Assembly: GCF_038025025.1 (NCBI RefSeq)
Contig: NW_027117349.1
Span: 1,240,001-1,304,000 of the forward strand
DNA length: 64,000 bases
Source of the DNA: Phyllosticta citribraziliensis
Lineage: Eukaryota
Direction of reading: 5' to 3'
Numbering within the stretch: the stretch's first letter is position 1; each line of letters starts with the position of its first letter. Under the pieces are notes generated by a model. That model saw only the letters and a list, made by a program, of their open reading frames with translations. It ran no database searches and had not been told where the DNA came from. Below are positions 37,175 to 49,873 of the stretch, piece by piece. Position numbers and translations under genes: made by a program.

Positions 37175-40100
37175 TCAGCGCTGGGCCGGCTTCCAAGTCG
37201 GCTTGCCGGCGGTGGTGGTGTCGGCGTCGACGGCGTTTTCTTTGTTTTCGTTTTGCGCCGCGAGGAGCTCTTCGGCGAGCGTGCGGCCCAGGGGGTGCTG
37301 CTCAGCAGCCTGCGCCTCGTTGGTATTGGCATTCTCCTGCTTGACGGTCGAGTGTTCGTCGTCTGGTTCATTCTCGCCGGCCCCTTCGTCTTTGACGGCG
37401 TCTGCACCCTCGTCTTCTTCTGCGTCGGCATCCTCAGCCTGCGCGGCCATTTCGTCGGGGTCTTCTTCGCCTTCGAGGACGCGCTCAAAGACTTCTTCGG
37501 CAGTCTTCACAATGGCTTCCACGTCGGCCCGCAGCTTCTTCTCCGCTGGCGACAGTTCGACTTCTGCGGCTCCGAGGTTGCCAACGGCCGAGTTGTAGTC
37601 GCGGTAGGCAGTCTGATAGATCTGGGTGGTCTGCTCCGCCAGCTGTCGCTGAACCTCGTCGCACATCTTGTTCAGTTGATCCCTGACTTGCTCGCACGCG
37701 TCGCGGAACATTCGCTGCTGATTCTGCAAGACATGGTTTGTGACGTATGACTTCATGCGCGCATAAGATCCTTGACCACGCTCGTCGGTCGCCACCTGGT
37801 ACGCGTGTTCCATGGCCGCAGCGACGACCGGAACGAATTCTCGGTTCACTTCTTTCTGGCGAGTATTGACCAATTCGACGATGGCCGACACCAGGCCGTT
37901 GAGGAAACCGTCGTGATTGCGCAGTTGGTTGTCGAGTTGGTTGAGTCGAGCCATGCTGACGCCGACTCAACGCGCGCGCTGCACAACCGCATTGTGGAAG
38001 GAATGCAGCACCTTCAAGGCATTCGCTTTGAAATTCCTGACGTCGGTCGGCAGGCGTCGCTGAAACGCCCTCTCCCAGCCTGTAGCAATCTCCTTGAGAA
38101 TAGGAGCAGTCCTGGGTCTATCAGAGGTAAATCCTAGAAATTGGGCGAGAACGCGAAAAGGGGCACTTACAATTCAGCATTAAAGTCACGTGGCCCAGAG
38201 GCCCCATTGTAGACACCCTGCCTTCTGACAGTGGCTTTGTACGTGGACCAGTAGAGACCGCCCATGCTGCGATGAGCGCCCCAGCCAGATGCAGTGGGGT
38301 GCGCTGCCTCGCAAGCCTTTGGGACCAGCTTGTCGTAGTTCGCATAGACGTGCTCCGTGAGCGTTGCGGCCATCCCATGGAGATTCTCGTGCACGACCTT
38401 TTGGATACACTTTCCGAGTTCCTCAAGTTTCTGCTTAAGAAACGTTTGTTCTTGGCGTCTTTGGTCGGCAGATATGAGGGAACTTGGTCCATCGTTCGTT
38501 GCCCAGAGGCTCATCGACGTCAAGAACTGGTTCAGGCTATTGAGGAATCGACGGGCGCAAGCAATGCGTCCAGCTTCGGTCAGCTGCTTGCAGTGCGCCT
38601 GCAACTTGGGCACCTCAGTCTCAGAGACGTCTTTGAAACCAGGAACGGCCTTGTCCCTCCTGAGTCGGCCGCAGAGCTTTTGGTACGCCCGGCTGGATAC
38701 GCAAAAGACAGGTAGAGACCGTGCCACCTCGTCATAATCGCGCAGGTCGACCTCGGGATCGAATTCATCCTCATTCTCTTCCTCAGCCGTTTCTTGGTCC
38801 AGCTCGCGGATGCCGGCCGCAAAGTCTTGTGCTATGGCGCCTCGACTGTAGTCATTCCTGCCATTGATGCAAAGCCGGCTGATGTGGTCATCAATCGAGG
38901 CCTCTTTCTCCCTCAGCGTCTTGATGTCTTTCCGAATATCCTTCATCTTCTCGTCAATCGAAGCCCGTTCGGCCTTGGCCTCTTTTTTCATGTTCTTAAG
39001 CTCTTGAATCTTGTCCTGGATCTGTTGCTCCGTGAGGGGCTCGCGGTCGTCTGGAACTTCATCCTCAGGCTCGCTTTGGTGGGCATCCGAATCGGCCTCG
39101 GCCCTGCGTTTCTTTCGTGACTGCTTTTTCGGTGACTTTGAGCGCTTCCTCTTTTTGCCAGAGTTCTCTGTTGGTGCGTAGACAATTTTGCCATCAGCGC
39201 AGTCTTCGAGCAGGTTGTCCCAGACATCAATCTTTTCGTCGCAGTCTTCAACCGCCTCCATGTAGACCTGCTTAGAGTCTTTGCACTCTTCAATCTCATT
39301 CTGCAGCTTTCGAACCTTGCTGCGGAGGTCATCCAGCTCTGACCACATGCCCGAAACAGTCTCGTCAAGATTCAAGCCGCTGACAGCCTCGACGAGTGAA
39401 ATATCGTCCGTCTTGGAGCAAATGAAGGTGACGTTGTTGTATGTCCCGTCGAGCTTAAGCTGTCTCTTGAAAGTGTCTCCAAGCAGCTTTTTGGCGGCCT
39501 TGTCGTCGACGGCTCGTGTGATTGGTGCCACAATCCACAGACCACTGCATTGCTTCATGTAGCCCTCGGCAACGGCAGCACGCGCAGCGTTGGAGTCTTG
39601 GACACCAGGAAGATCAACAACGACGGCGCCGGTTGACAGAGCATCCGCCTTCGTGTAGATCTTGACGACCTTGATGAGGGGCCAATATTCCATGCGCTTC
39701 TTCTCCTTGCTGTCCTTCTGTTTCTCCTGAGAATCCACAAAGTATTGCAAGCGTTTGTAGAAATCACCAGGATTCGACTCGTTGATTCGCTTTGTCGTGC
39801 CAAGCAACCCCTGGACTTCTCGGGCGAGACTCTCGGGACTCGCTTCGGCAATCATTTCTTTCGTCTTTTGCGGATACACGGCCTTGATTTTGGCCCATGC
39901 AACGCCAGCTGGTTCCAAGTCAGCAGGACATTGGCAAGGCAGCATCATGTCAAACTCACCTTCGTGTTCAGAATTGGTACATTCCTTCGACACTTTCCCA
40001 CTCCCGTCGAGTAAATCGCTGTAGAGAACTTGCAGCTCTTTCAGCCAGTCCTCGAGCTTGACGAACTCGATTTCTGCCCTGTACCTGCTGTAATCATCAT

Positions 40101-41648
40101 TGCTTTCGTTCCAAGACAATTCCGTCACGACGGCCGTGCAAGCACGCATGCAGTTCGTTGGGACCAGACGTTCCTCGTCAAGCATGGCATTGATGACACT
40201 GCTCTTGCCAGCTCCGGTGTTGCCCACAACACCCAGGATGGTCCTGTTCTTCACGTTCTGGCTCTTCAAGTCGTGAATGGATTTCAGCCATTCTTGCGCG
40301 TCTTGGTCTTGTTGCTGACATGCTTGAAGCGGCTGCTCGATCTTCTCAAGCAGTTTCAGAGCTTGCTTAACGCCAGCTTCCAGACACTCGATTTCATTCT
40401 CTGCCATGAGAGTCTCGAGCGACTGGTTCTGGGTTCGAGCTTCAGCCTTGACCGTTTGAGCGGCTGGGGCGTGAGCCGGAGTGTGATGGGTGTTCAAACC
40501 CGGCTGATGGGCATGATTGGGCATGGGCGCATATTGTTGATGAGGTTTTGCGGGAGGGTCACCAGGGTGACGACTACCACTGGGCCCAGACGTAGGGCCA
40601 CCTAGAGTGCTTCCATAAATGAGTGCAGGGAAGTTGTGGGCATTCGCCGGGGTCCCAGGAAAACCAGAGGCCGGTTGAGACGTCGGGACCTGCCTGTACG
40701 GCGATTGGATTGAGGTGTGTTGAGCGACCGGCTGCACAGGCTTAGCAGCAGTGTATGGTGATTTCTGTGTCGGGGGCTGCCTGTACGGGGAGTGAGTTTG
40801 AGCATGTTGGGCAATCAGCTGCGCAGACGGAGCAGCAGTGAGTGAAGATTGCGGAGTAGGCATTGACGACGAAGATGTCTGCGTCGGAGTAGGCGTTCTG
40901 GACAACCAAGAAATTGGGGAACCCGTCCGGGTTGGATATTGAGGGTGTCGTTCAAGGCCACCTGTGCCCGTAAACATGCCGTTTTGTTTTGGCAAAGACG
41001 GAGAAGGGCGTGCTGAAGTGGGCAATGATGATTGAAGCGAAGATGCTGGTGAAGTGCCGACGCTCAACGCATGCCTGGTTTGCACTGCTTGGAAGCCTGA
41101 GTGCGCTGGGTCGACTCTCGAATTGGTTGCGGACCCATTCATCGCATGGCCGACAGGCCCGGGTGCAGCTGTTGGAGCGGCTGCGCCGGAAGAAGCGCCG
41201 TCGGTCGTAGGCTCGTTATCTACCATCAAAACAACCATGTTGTCATGACTGCCCTGTCAGCATTGATGCTACGTAGACGCGTGAGAGCAGGGACTCACTA
41301 GAAGTCAAGGTCGGAGGCCCTCGCACTCCTCTCAATCACCTTTGCACCCACCACGAAGCGGGGAGTCGGCTCATGGTCTCGTTTGCCTTTGTAAGCCGTT
41401 TGGAACTTGGCAATCGAATTTTTCTGATGATATCTCTCAGTCTAATGGAGCTCGATGTGGTGTAGAATCATTACCGGCTTGGATTTGACCCAGAGAAAGT
41501 CACTTTTGTCCAGCGGTTCACTCAAGTCGGCATCGCTGAAGAGGATTGCAACCACAATCCTGTCCGGGGCGATATCGACGCAATCCTCTGGTATGACTTG
41601 CTTTGCAGCATTTCGAACGTGCAAGTATTGGGGCTCTGACACGGTCAT
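37175..41648 (-). CDS. SLIP-GC/dynamin-like GTPase with N-terminal ubiquitin/SUMO-like domain; one internal in-frame TGA (possible pseudogene or error)
   Basis: Exons 41648-41475, 41423-41299, 41248-39960, 39908-38171 and 38111-37175. G1 GNTGAGKSS, G2 RACTAV, G3 VDLPG, G4 CSKTDD, acidic/basic coiled-coil insert with NLS-like KKRKR, and C-terminal YWSTYKATVRRQG...DFNAEL. TGA at 37969-37967. Confidence 0.85.
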
Positions 41649-41900
41649 GGCGCAGGGTGTTGCAGAGCTTTGGGGGCCGACGGCGGATGACGCAAGCAAG
41701 CGTGGACAGCGCGAGCGAGGGTGGGCTGAGGTAGCAAAATCACCTCCCGCAGCGACAAAGAAGTCGATTGGAGATGGCTGTCGACAATGACTGGTCCCAA
41801 TGACCCTGCAGGGCCGTTTGTGGAGGAAACAAAGGCGGTTGCAAATTAGGAACCGAAGAGGTGGAGGTGCGGAGCCGTCATTATTGGGACGCGTCGCGCG

Positions 41901-41937
41901 ACGGGAAACGGGAAACGGGAAACGGGAAACGGGAAAC
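41901..41937. repeat. (ACGGGAA)5 tandem repeat upstream of the GTPase gene
   Basis: Read directly; ~250 bp 5' of ATG 41648. Confidence 0.9.
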
Positions 41938-42572
41938 ACACGCGAGGCACGGGCACTCTCGGAAAGCTAGGCTGAAATGAGGCAGCTCATACAAGCTGGT
42001 ACACAACTCCAGAAGCCACCCAATGAAGTGACTGGAAGGCTTCAGTTCTGAGACACCGAAGTCGGTCCAAGAGTTGTGGTTGGAGAGTATAAAACAGAGC
42101 GTATTTGCTTGCCTTTTGGGTTAGCCTCAAACCTCAACCAAACATCCCTGTGTTTATCGGCAACCGAAAAAAGACGCTACCGGAGCACCCATCACGCAAC
42201 GAGAAAATCCAGAGCTGAGTGAGCGCTGTATTCGACGATGGGTTTCTACTCTAGTTTGCTTCAGCAGCACCAAGGTCTAGAATCTACCAAGTTGCATTTA
42301 GCAGCAGCTGTGCCATGCGCCACCAGGACCAAAGCGGCATCTGTAGTGGACAAGTTTGGATCTAGCTACGTCAAGCATCTCTGCGAAGGATGTACTAGCA
42401 TCTGCCCATGATGCACTCCTCTTCTCCTGTGCCTCGACAACGTCATGGAGGTAGGTTAGTGGAATGTTGTCCCTTTTAATGGCCTGTGAGTATCCCTCTT
42501 GTCGGCAAACATCTCTATACTCAGCATTCTCCAGCTTCAAACATCATCCATCCATCCATCCATCCATCCATC

Positions 42573-42848
42573 ATGAGCCCTTCATCAAACTATTACTCTC
42601 AGCGCAGCAATCCCACGCAGCTTGGGGATCCTGTGTCGCTCAAGGCAGAAACATCAAACACCAACCACTACCTCGGGGCCCGAAGCACCTGGACACCGAA
42701 TCGGACGACGCCAAGCAAGTTGAACAGGACGATGCTGGGGGACCCAGTCTCTCTGAAAGCTGAAAAGGGCAACCACAGAGACCCTGTGGATCACGACAAC
42801 GGCCCGTCTGGGACTCCGGGGGCTAGCCAGCGCATGTCAAGGCTGTGA
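42573..42848 (+). CDS. Small hydrophilic protein with two LGDPVSLKAE repeats and C-terminal PTS1 (SRL)
   Basis: ATG follows a (CATC)n leader. The 10-aa motif is repeated exactly with synonymous codon changes. Ends in MSRL*. Confidence 0.75.
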   Translation: MSPSSNYYSQRSNPTQLGDPVSLKAETSNTNHYLGARSTWTPNRTTPSKLNRTMLGDPVSLKAEKGNHRDPVDHDNGPSGTPGASQRMSRL

Positions 42849-43750
42849 AACGGACAAAGAACGGGACACATGGCACCGTTCCAGTTCCTCCTGGGCGCGG
42901 GTCGATCTGTAAATTAGTTCAACAACGGAGCAATATCGATATACGTCTTGCAGCTTCATAAACAATTTTCGTTTGCGTGTGTTGGTTTCATCGTGAACGA
43001 AGGTCTGCCTGGGGACGCCAGGCAGCAGCGTTCGTCCGTTTCGCATCGACTTTGCCGTATTCGTACAATGGAAAGCGAAGGCAAGGCGGGCGGACAGACG
43101 CACGGCAAGCCGAGTGCGATGCGGGCCATCAGGCGCAGCGTGCCCGAAGTCTGGATGAAGGCTGTGGAAAAGGACCGTGGCTCTGTTCGGCCGAATGGCG
43201 ACGGAAGAAGGACGAGGCAGCAAGCGACGGCGAAGAGGGAGAGCTGATCTTGATAAGTGCACTGGTAAGCGGATTATTGAAACAGGCAGCGCGTGCGACG
43301 TCTTTCATCATGGCCACGCACCAGCAGGGGTCCGGGCGCAACAAGCAGGCAGGGCAGTGACGTAGCCCTACACAGCTGTGCCTGCCCCAGGGACTCCCAT
43401 GCCTCACCTGCACCTCATGCACCGCGAACCTCTGCACTGTCCCTCCTCCTGTCGCCCACTCCTCCGCCTGGTGACAACTTGTCGTCTATTGCCAAAGATC
43501 TTTACCACTGCTTGCGCTCGCTGTGGCATTGTCCTACTGTCATGCTCGCCGCTTCGCACGACTAAACGCCCGTCGCGCCATCGTTCCCTCTATCCGACCA
43601 AGATCGGAGCTTACGGACGGAGTCTCACACCTCCTCGACCGACACCAACTGCTCCGGCTATCATAGCTATCCTCCCTTCTCTCGGCGACCTCTACACTCG
43701 CTGTCTACTCTCATTCCCACCCCGAATCTCCCCCAATTCGCCGCCTCACC

Positions 43751-45789
43751 ATGGCGACTCTCCACGACGCTCTGAAATGTCTCCGCCCCAAAGACTTTGC
43801 CGACGTCCCCCTGGAAGACTTGGGCACCTGGATGTCCGACGTCTTTGCCAACTGCGAGGTGGCAGTCAACTCGGTACCTCATCCTCCGGGCGGCACCGAC
43901 TTTGCACTTTCAAAGCGCAGTCGCAATGACGCCAATGGCGCAACATGCGCTGCCGAAATGACAGTCTCCGAGGCACGACCTCCGCCGATTGACCCCTCAC
44001 ACGAGGAGTTGAAAAAGTCCTGGGGCAAGCCAGTCAAGACCAGCGACAATGGCTTAGCAGTTTCCGTATACAAGATGTCAGGCGCGGACAAGAATGGGTC
44101 CTGGTTTGCTCGAAAAAGCATCCACGAGGGCTTGGGCTTCACCAAGTGGAAAAAGGCATTGCAGCGTGAGTTTGCTGAGAGCTTGGCCGTTGAAGGCGGA
44201 CCTGGAAGTGGCTGTGTCAGAGGCATTGGTGGAGATAGGAGACTGGAGCAGCGCACAGTCGAAGGGGTTGGGCAGATGGAAGGTACGTTTCCGCTGACAC
44301 TATGGGGGTATTCCGCTGACAATCTTCCGCAGTCCTCCAGCTTTCAGCCCAGTTCCCCGGTCCCACAGCCCCCCGCGAGTTCATTACTCTCCTCCTGACC
44401 TCAGACGATGCCCTCACGGAAAAGTCCAAGCCCCATATAACACCCTTAGATGATGCATTAGACCAAGTGCCACGGCACTACATGGTGGTCTCGATACCCA
44501 CCGAACACCCCGATGCCCCTCCCAGAGACAAGGAAGGCCTTGTGAAAGGACAGTACGAGTCGATTGAGATGATTCGAGAGATACCCCTGACTCCATCAAA
44601 GTCCAAAAACAGCCAGTCCACCGACAGACGAGACAGCGCCAGTGAAGAAGACCCCGAGACAAATCCTGTGGAATGGATCATGATCACCAGAAGCGACCCC
44701 GGAGGCGGCATTCCACGCTTCATGGTCGACCGCGGCACTCCAGGCAGTATCGTTGCCGATACCAAAAAGTTTCTAGATTGGGCATGCGCAAGAGACCACG
44801 TCCCAGATCCTGAAGAAGGCATTGATCCAGATGAGGTTCAGGCACTGACGACTGGCAAACCGGTTGACAAGGCGGAAATATACGATGCCGCGGCTGGCAA
44901 TGGCCACGGTGCTGGTGTCCCAGCAAGCATACAGGTGGCCGACCACTCAAAAAGCGCGCCTCACACACGTACAGTTTCGACTCAGAGCACTACGGAAAGC
45001 TCAAAGTCTGCTGGCCTTGTTTCCAACTTTACTTCTGTTCTCGAGAACGGCATCCAAAGCTACGCACCACAATCCGTGGCCTCGTACCTTCAACCCTCTC
45101 CGCAGCCCGAGTCACCGGCATCCACAGAGTCGACCGAGAGCGATACTGAGAGCCTCCACAGCTTCACTTCTGCACAGCAATGGACCACAGCCACCGAACA
45201 CGGCTCCAAGAAAGCGCCATCGGACCGTCTGGGCCCCGACACGGCAAACAATAGTTCCGAATCACTCGGCGCGAGCAGCAGCACAGGCGCCAAGTCGGCA
45301 ACACCATCGTCCCAGCAAACGCCATACGAGAAGGAGCTCGCCAAGCTCGACGCCAAACGCACTGCGCTGGAGACTAGATTGCGCCGCCAACGCGAAAAGG
45401 AGGCGTCGCGCACCGAAGCCAACTCTGCGCGCGAGGAGCGCGAGAAACGCAAGGCACAGGAGAAGTACGAGAAGGAAGTCGCCAAGCTCGAAGCTAAGCG
45501 CGAGAAGGAAGAGAAGAAGATGGAAGAGCGCCGGCGCAAGGACGAGGGCAAGCGCGAGGCGGACCGGTTCCGGCGCGACCGCGACGAGTGGAAAGGCCGC
45601 GCCGAAGTGGCCGAGACGGAAGTCAAGCTGCTCAAGGAGCAAGTCAAGGACCTGCAAAAGGAAAACACAACCCTCGTCCAGGCCATGGGGCGCAGCGAAG
45701 AGGGGAGAGCCGTACTGAAGGCCGTCGCGGACGAGATTGGCGCCGTGGGCAGCGACGCCGGCAGCGCGAAGAGCAGGGCGAGTCGGTAG
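43751..45789 (+). CDS. DUF3074 (START-like) domain protein with coiled-coil C-terminus
   Basis: Exons 43751-44282 and 44333-45789. WFARKSIH, QLSAQFPGPTAPREF, GQYESIEMIRE, NPVEWIMITRSDPGGGIPRF, IVADTKKFLDW. Confidence 0.9.
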
Positions 45790-46703
45790 ATTCGATCCTG
45801 GCATCGCTTCTTTCTGTTGCTTAGTCTGCTGCTTTGTGCCCTGGGTGCCTTTTTTTCGCTGGCGTTTCTTTGCTTCTTGTTTGAGCTTGCGCGGCGGATG
45901 GAGCATGATTCCCTTGTTGTTTTCACGAAGCAAGCAAGCAATCACGCACGTACGCACAACACCAGTAGCTGTGGCTTTTATGTAGCACTTTCATGGCGTC
46001 AGTCGGTTGGTCGGTTGGTCGGTCGTGCGAATCTGTCATACACACACATTCTTTGTCATTTTTTCCAAGAGGCGAAAGGACGGGCGTACGTATGTAGATC
46101 TTCCCCTTTCTCACTGTTGCAGCAGCAGTGCAAGATGAGGCAAGGCAAGGCGGCATGAGGAAGTATTCCTTTGATGTTTTGTCGTATAGTCTAGACTGCA
46201 AAGATGAGACGAGACTGCGGTGGTAGTGGATGTGGTATTGTTGCGGTGGCTTGCAGCCGTATTGTACAGAGCGGACAGCAAAGGTGCCGCGGCTGTAGCG
46301 TTAGCACTGCAATCGACAGATAAATTCAGGCATCTTTTAGTGACTAACGTCGTCATTGGTGTTTAACGCTGCTGCTCTTCATCCTCTCGCTCTCCCGAAT
46401 ATAGACTTACATCAGTCAGTCTCCACTCACAGACAGCTTGAGCTAGACAGACAAACAACCCGCGCCGCCAGTGACGGTGGTCCAGACGTCTGCCCCAAGT
46501 AACAGTGATGCGAGTCTGTGCATCCATTGCATGAGATGCGCGAGAGTGAGTGGTTGTTGAATTCCATTCTATGCATGAGGGGCAGGGCAGGGCGTTTTAT
46601 ACGCCGTCGGTCGGTCGTCTGTCTGCCTACGGCTGCGTTGGCTATGCTGGCTGGCTGGCTGTGGTCATAGGAGGGGGTAGACAGTCATGGGAGGGAGGGG
46701 AGG

Positions 46704-46704
46704 G

Positions 46705-46738
<34 letters not shown>

Positions 46739-46908
46739 GGGAGGGAGAGGTCTTGCACGCGCTCCTCCTCCTCCTCCGCAAATCTGCCTGCCTGCCTACA
46801 TACCTGCCTGCCTACCTAATCATCCACGGGTCAGTGGGTGGAGGTCCCGCGTGAACCCTCCCTGCGCGTGACAGTCCAGCACTGCACTGCACTGCACTGC
46901 ACTGCACT
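46704..46908. repeat. Microsatellite cluster: (GTCAGGA)n, (CCT)n, (TGCC)n, (GCACT)6
   Basis: Read directly, in the intergenic region between convergent genes. Confidence 0.85.
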
Positions 46909-47569
46909 ACCGGGCGCAAACTACATGTACCCATGTGGTGACTGTGCCATTTCATGAACGGCTGCGTACATGTGTGATGAAAGGGGTTATTATCTATTTA
47001 ATAAGTTGTTAGGCTTAATCACTGGTTATTGCAGCAGTGCGTCATCATCATCATATCATCATCATTGCTACCCTACACCTGTAAAGCCTTAAGCTCCTCT
47101 ACCCCTAGTCCTACTACTCCCTTCCTCCCCTGTCCCCTTTCCCTTTCCCTATCTCTTCCATATTCTTCCCTCTTCATCACTTCATAAACGTCATTTCATT
47201 GACCACGTGAGATAAACCGCCCGGCCCAACGCATGTCAAGTTCACCTCGCTCGCCTCTTCTCTTCTCTTTTCTCCTAGCCTCGCCTCCTTTCCCTAAGCA
47301 TCTCTCATCTCATCTCATCTCATCGACGGACGGACGGACAGACGCCAATGCCCGGTAGTAGTAAGGTAGTAGTAGCAGTAGAAAGTGTAATCTGATCTGA
47401 CCTGATCCGATCCGATCAAAAGGATAAGAAGAAGAAGAAGAGACGTGTTCCCTCATCCCATCGCCTCACTCCTCACCCCACACTCCCTCGTCGCCTCGCT
47501 TCCCACAGAAGCCAGCCGGTCAGCCAGCCTTTACTCAACCCACCGCTCTTACTCTCGGTCTCGCTCGCT

Positions 47570-49873
47570 CTAATTAACAGTCATACGCTTAACAAGCGGC
47601 GGCCGCGGAATGTGCACATTGGGAAAGGGATACGCATCGCGCTCCCTCTCGGCAAAGCGATCGCCCATCATGCGCGCCTTGGCCTCCCCACCAGCGGTGT
47701 ACGACATGTGCTGGTGCGTCACGCTGGGATGCGTGATCGGGCCCGGCCGGGGAATCTGGCCTCGTTTACCGCCGCCGCCGCCGCCGCCGCCCGCTGTCGC
47801 TGCTGCTGCTGCCGTTGCCGTGGCGGCGGCGTTGTTGGTCGACGATGAGAACCCGCTGCGTAGGCGCGGGCCGAAGATCACGTCGTCGAGCGTGTAGCCA
47901 GCGCCGTCTGCTGCGCGAGCGGCGCCGCGTGATGTGGGAGGGGGTGCGGCGGCGGCGGCCGGTCTGCCCGCTTGTTTGGGTATGGATGGCGGTGGCGACG
48001 TTTCCCAGAGCGAGCCGCGGCGGTGGTGGTGGTGCGGATGCGGATGGTGTTGCTGATGCTCAGCTGCATCGTGGTACGGGTGGTCGACCGGTGAGGCCGG
48101 GGCGCGGTCACGGTCACGGTCACGGCCGCGCGACTCGCGCTGCTGCTGCTGCTCCGGATACTCCCGCTCCGGCGAGTGCGTCATTGGTATCGGGCCGGCC
48201 GACGACATGTGCCTGGACGAGGCTCCCGCCGTGGGTCGACCGCGACGATGGCTTTCCCGGGGCGGATCCGGGTCTGCAGCGAAGCTGCGGTGGTGCGTGT
48301 GGGTGGCCGGACGGCGGCTGGCGCGCGTGCTGGTTGGAGTGGGTCGATCTTCTTCCCGCGACGACCTCATTCGTTCCTGGCTGCTGCTACTTCGTCGGCG
48401 AGGGGCGTCGTCGTCGGTGGGCTCGACCACGACCGTGTGGTAGCTCACGTTGTCGCCGAGGGGCACCCCGCCGTCCTCTGAGTAATGGTAAGAGTGGGAC
48501 TTGGTGTGCCAGTGTTCCCGCTCCGGTGGCGTGGGCGTCGAGGGGGTGCTGGGCGAGGAGTAGCCCGAGTCCAAGGGCATGTCGCGGGGTTTTGACGAAT
48601 TGGCGGCCGGTCTCTCGTATGCGTGGTCGTGGGATTTTGTTGGGAGCGTCTCGGAGCGGCGCATTGGACGCGGTGCTTCTCTGCGGTCGTACGAATCCAT
48701 GGTTGCAGACCGTTCGAGGTTCACCTTGGGGGAGGAGTACTTGGACGGCATCGTGTCGGCCTTTTCGAGGGGTGGTCGGCGTCGAGGGTCCTCGGGACTC
48801 GAGCGCCGTTCATAGATATCAGGCATTTTTTCTCGGCGGGCAGAGCCGTGGCGCATGCCCGCCAATATCCTATCCTTTTGCGACTTGTCTGATGATCGTC
48901 TCGAGACGCTGGGACGCACTTTTTCGTAAGACTTCTTGGATGGTCGAGCGTCGTCCGACGACGAGGTGCCGCCGCGCGGGGTGCGCGAGCTGCGAATGTA
49001 CTCCATGGCTTCTTCCACTTTGGGCGTCACGTAGGGGTCGTCCCGATGCATCTTGGATGGCCTGCGAGGGGGGCCATCGCGGCGCCTCTGCTCATCTCGG
49101 TGGCGTTCCGCCTCTGCCGCACGACGCTCCGCCTCTGCCACCCGCTTGTACTCGTCTTCTTCGCGGCGCCTCTCCTCCTCTTCGTATCGCTGCGCCTCAC
49201 TCCTGTGCCACCTCCTGCGGTCCTCGTAGCGATCAGAGTCTTCTGCGTCCTCGTTGACGCGGGAAAACTTGTCCTCTGTCCCCCTCTTCTTTTCCTGTGA
49301 ACGCGTCTTGGAATTTTGGGACCTCTCGTACTTGGTCGAGCTAGAACCAAAGCTGAAGACGCGGATGCGTTCACGGCGGCGGTCGGGAGAGGGCCCGCGA
49401 GAATAGCTAAAGGAGACCTTGGTGGCGCGTCTTGCGGGTCGCGTCCTTGCGTCGTCGTAGTGGCGCTCGTCGGAATCGTAGGTAGCACGCGTCTTTGGCT
49501 CGGGTCTGGTGGAAGTCTTTGTTTCTCGCGCAGAGTAGGCTCCGCGCGGAGTCCTCACGTCGTATGCGGCGGCGCGCGGCGAGTCCTTTGCCGGCTCGGA
49601 AGAGCGCATGCCCCGTTCGAGGGCCTCTCTTCGCAGCTCAGCCAGCCGGACCTGTGCATTGTAGCGTTCGCGTCTGTCCTGGTCGGCGAGAATCTCGTAG
49701 GCCTGCTGGATGCGGTGGAATTCGTCGGCCTTTTGGGCTTTTTCGGCGTCGGGAAACTTGTCGGGATGGCTCTTGAGGGCGAGCTTGCGGTATGCAGTTT
49801 TGATGGAGGCGGCAGTGGCGTCTCTGGACACGCCGAGGGCGGCATAGGGATCCGGCGGTAACGGAGATCCCAT
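47570..49873 (-). CDS. DnaJ (J-domain) protein with long Arg/Ser/Pro-rich tail
   Basis: DPYAALGV...[16 protein letters not shown]...[13 protein letters not shown]...RERYN. Intact HPD motif. Confidence 0.92.
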   Translation of the reverse strand: MGSPLPPDPYAALGVSRDATAASIKTAYRKLALKSHPDKFPDAEKAQKADEFHRIQQAYEILADQDRRERYNAQVRLAELRREALERGMRSSEPAKDSPRAAAYDVRTPRGAYSARETKTSTRPEPKTRATYDSDERHYDDARTRPARRATKVSFSYSRGPSPDRRRERIRVFSFGSSSTKYERSQNSKTRSQEKKRGTEDKFSRVNEDAEDSDRYEDRRRWHRSEAQRYEEEERRREEDEYKRVAEAERRAAEAERHRDEQRRRDGPPRRPSKMHRDDPYVTPKVEEAMEYIRSSRTPRGGTSSSDDARPSKKSYEKVRPSVSRRSSDKSQKDRILAGMRHGSARREKMPDIYERRSSPEDPRRRPPLEKADTMPSKYSSPKVNLERSATMDSYDRREAPRPMRRSETLPTKSHDHAYERPAANSSKPRDMPLDSGYSSPSTPSTPTPPEREHWHTKSHSYHYSEDGGVPLGDNVSYHTVVVEPTDDDAPRRRSSSSQERMRSSREEDRPTPTSTRASRRPATHTHHRSFAADPDPPRESHRRGRPTAGASSRHMSSAGPIPMTHSPEREYPEQQQQRESRGRDRDRDRAPASPVDHPYHDAAEHQQHHPHPHHHHRRGSLWETSPPPSIPKQAGRPAAAAAPPPTSRGAARAADGAGYTLDDVIFGPRLRSGFSSSTNNAAATATAAAAATAGGGGGGGGKRGQIPRPGPITHPSVTHQHMSYTAGGEAKARMMGDRFAERERDAYPFPNVHIPRPPLVKRMTVN

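Noticed and set aside
37063..37488. Alternative-frame ORF extending past the GTPase stop
   Set aside because: No credible splice into that frame, and the main frame ends normally at 37175.
47815..49257. 480-aa plus-strand ORF
   Set aside because: Antisense to the DnaJ gene; low-complexity Arg/Gly translation.
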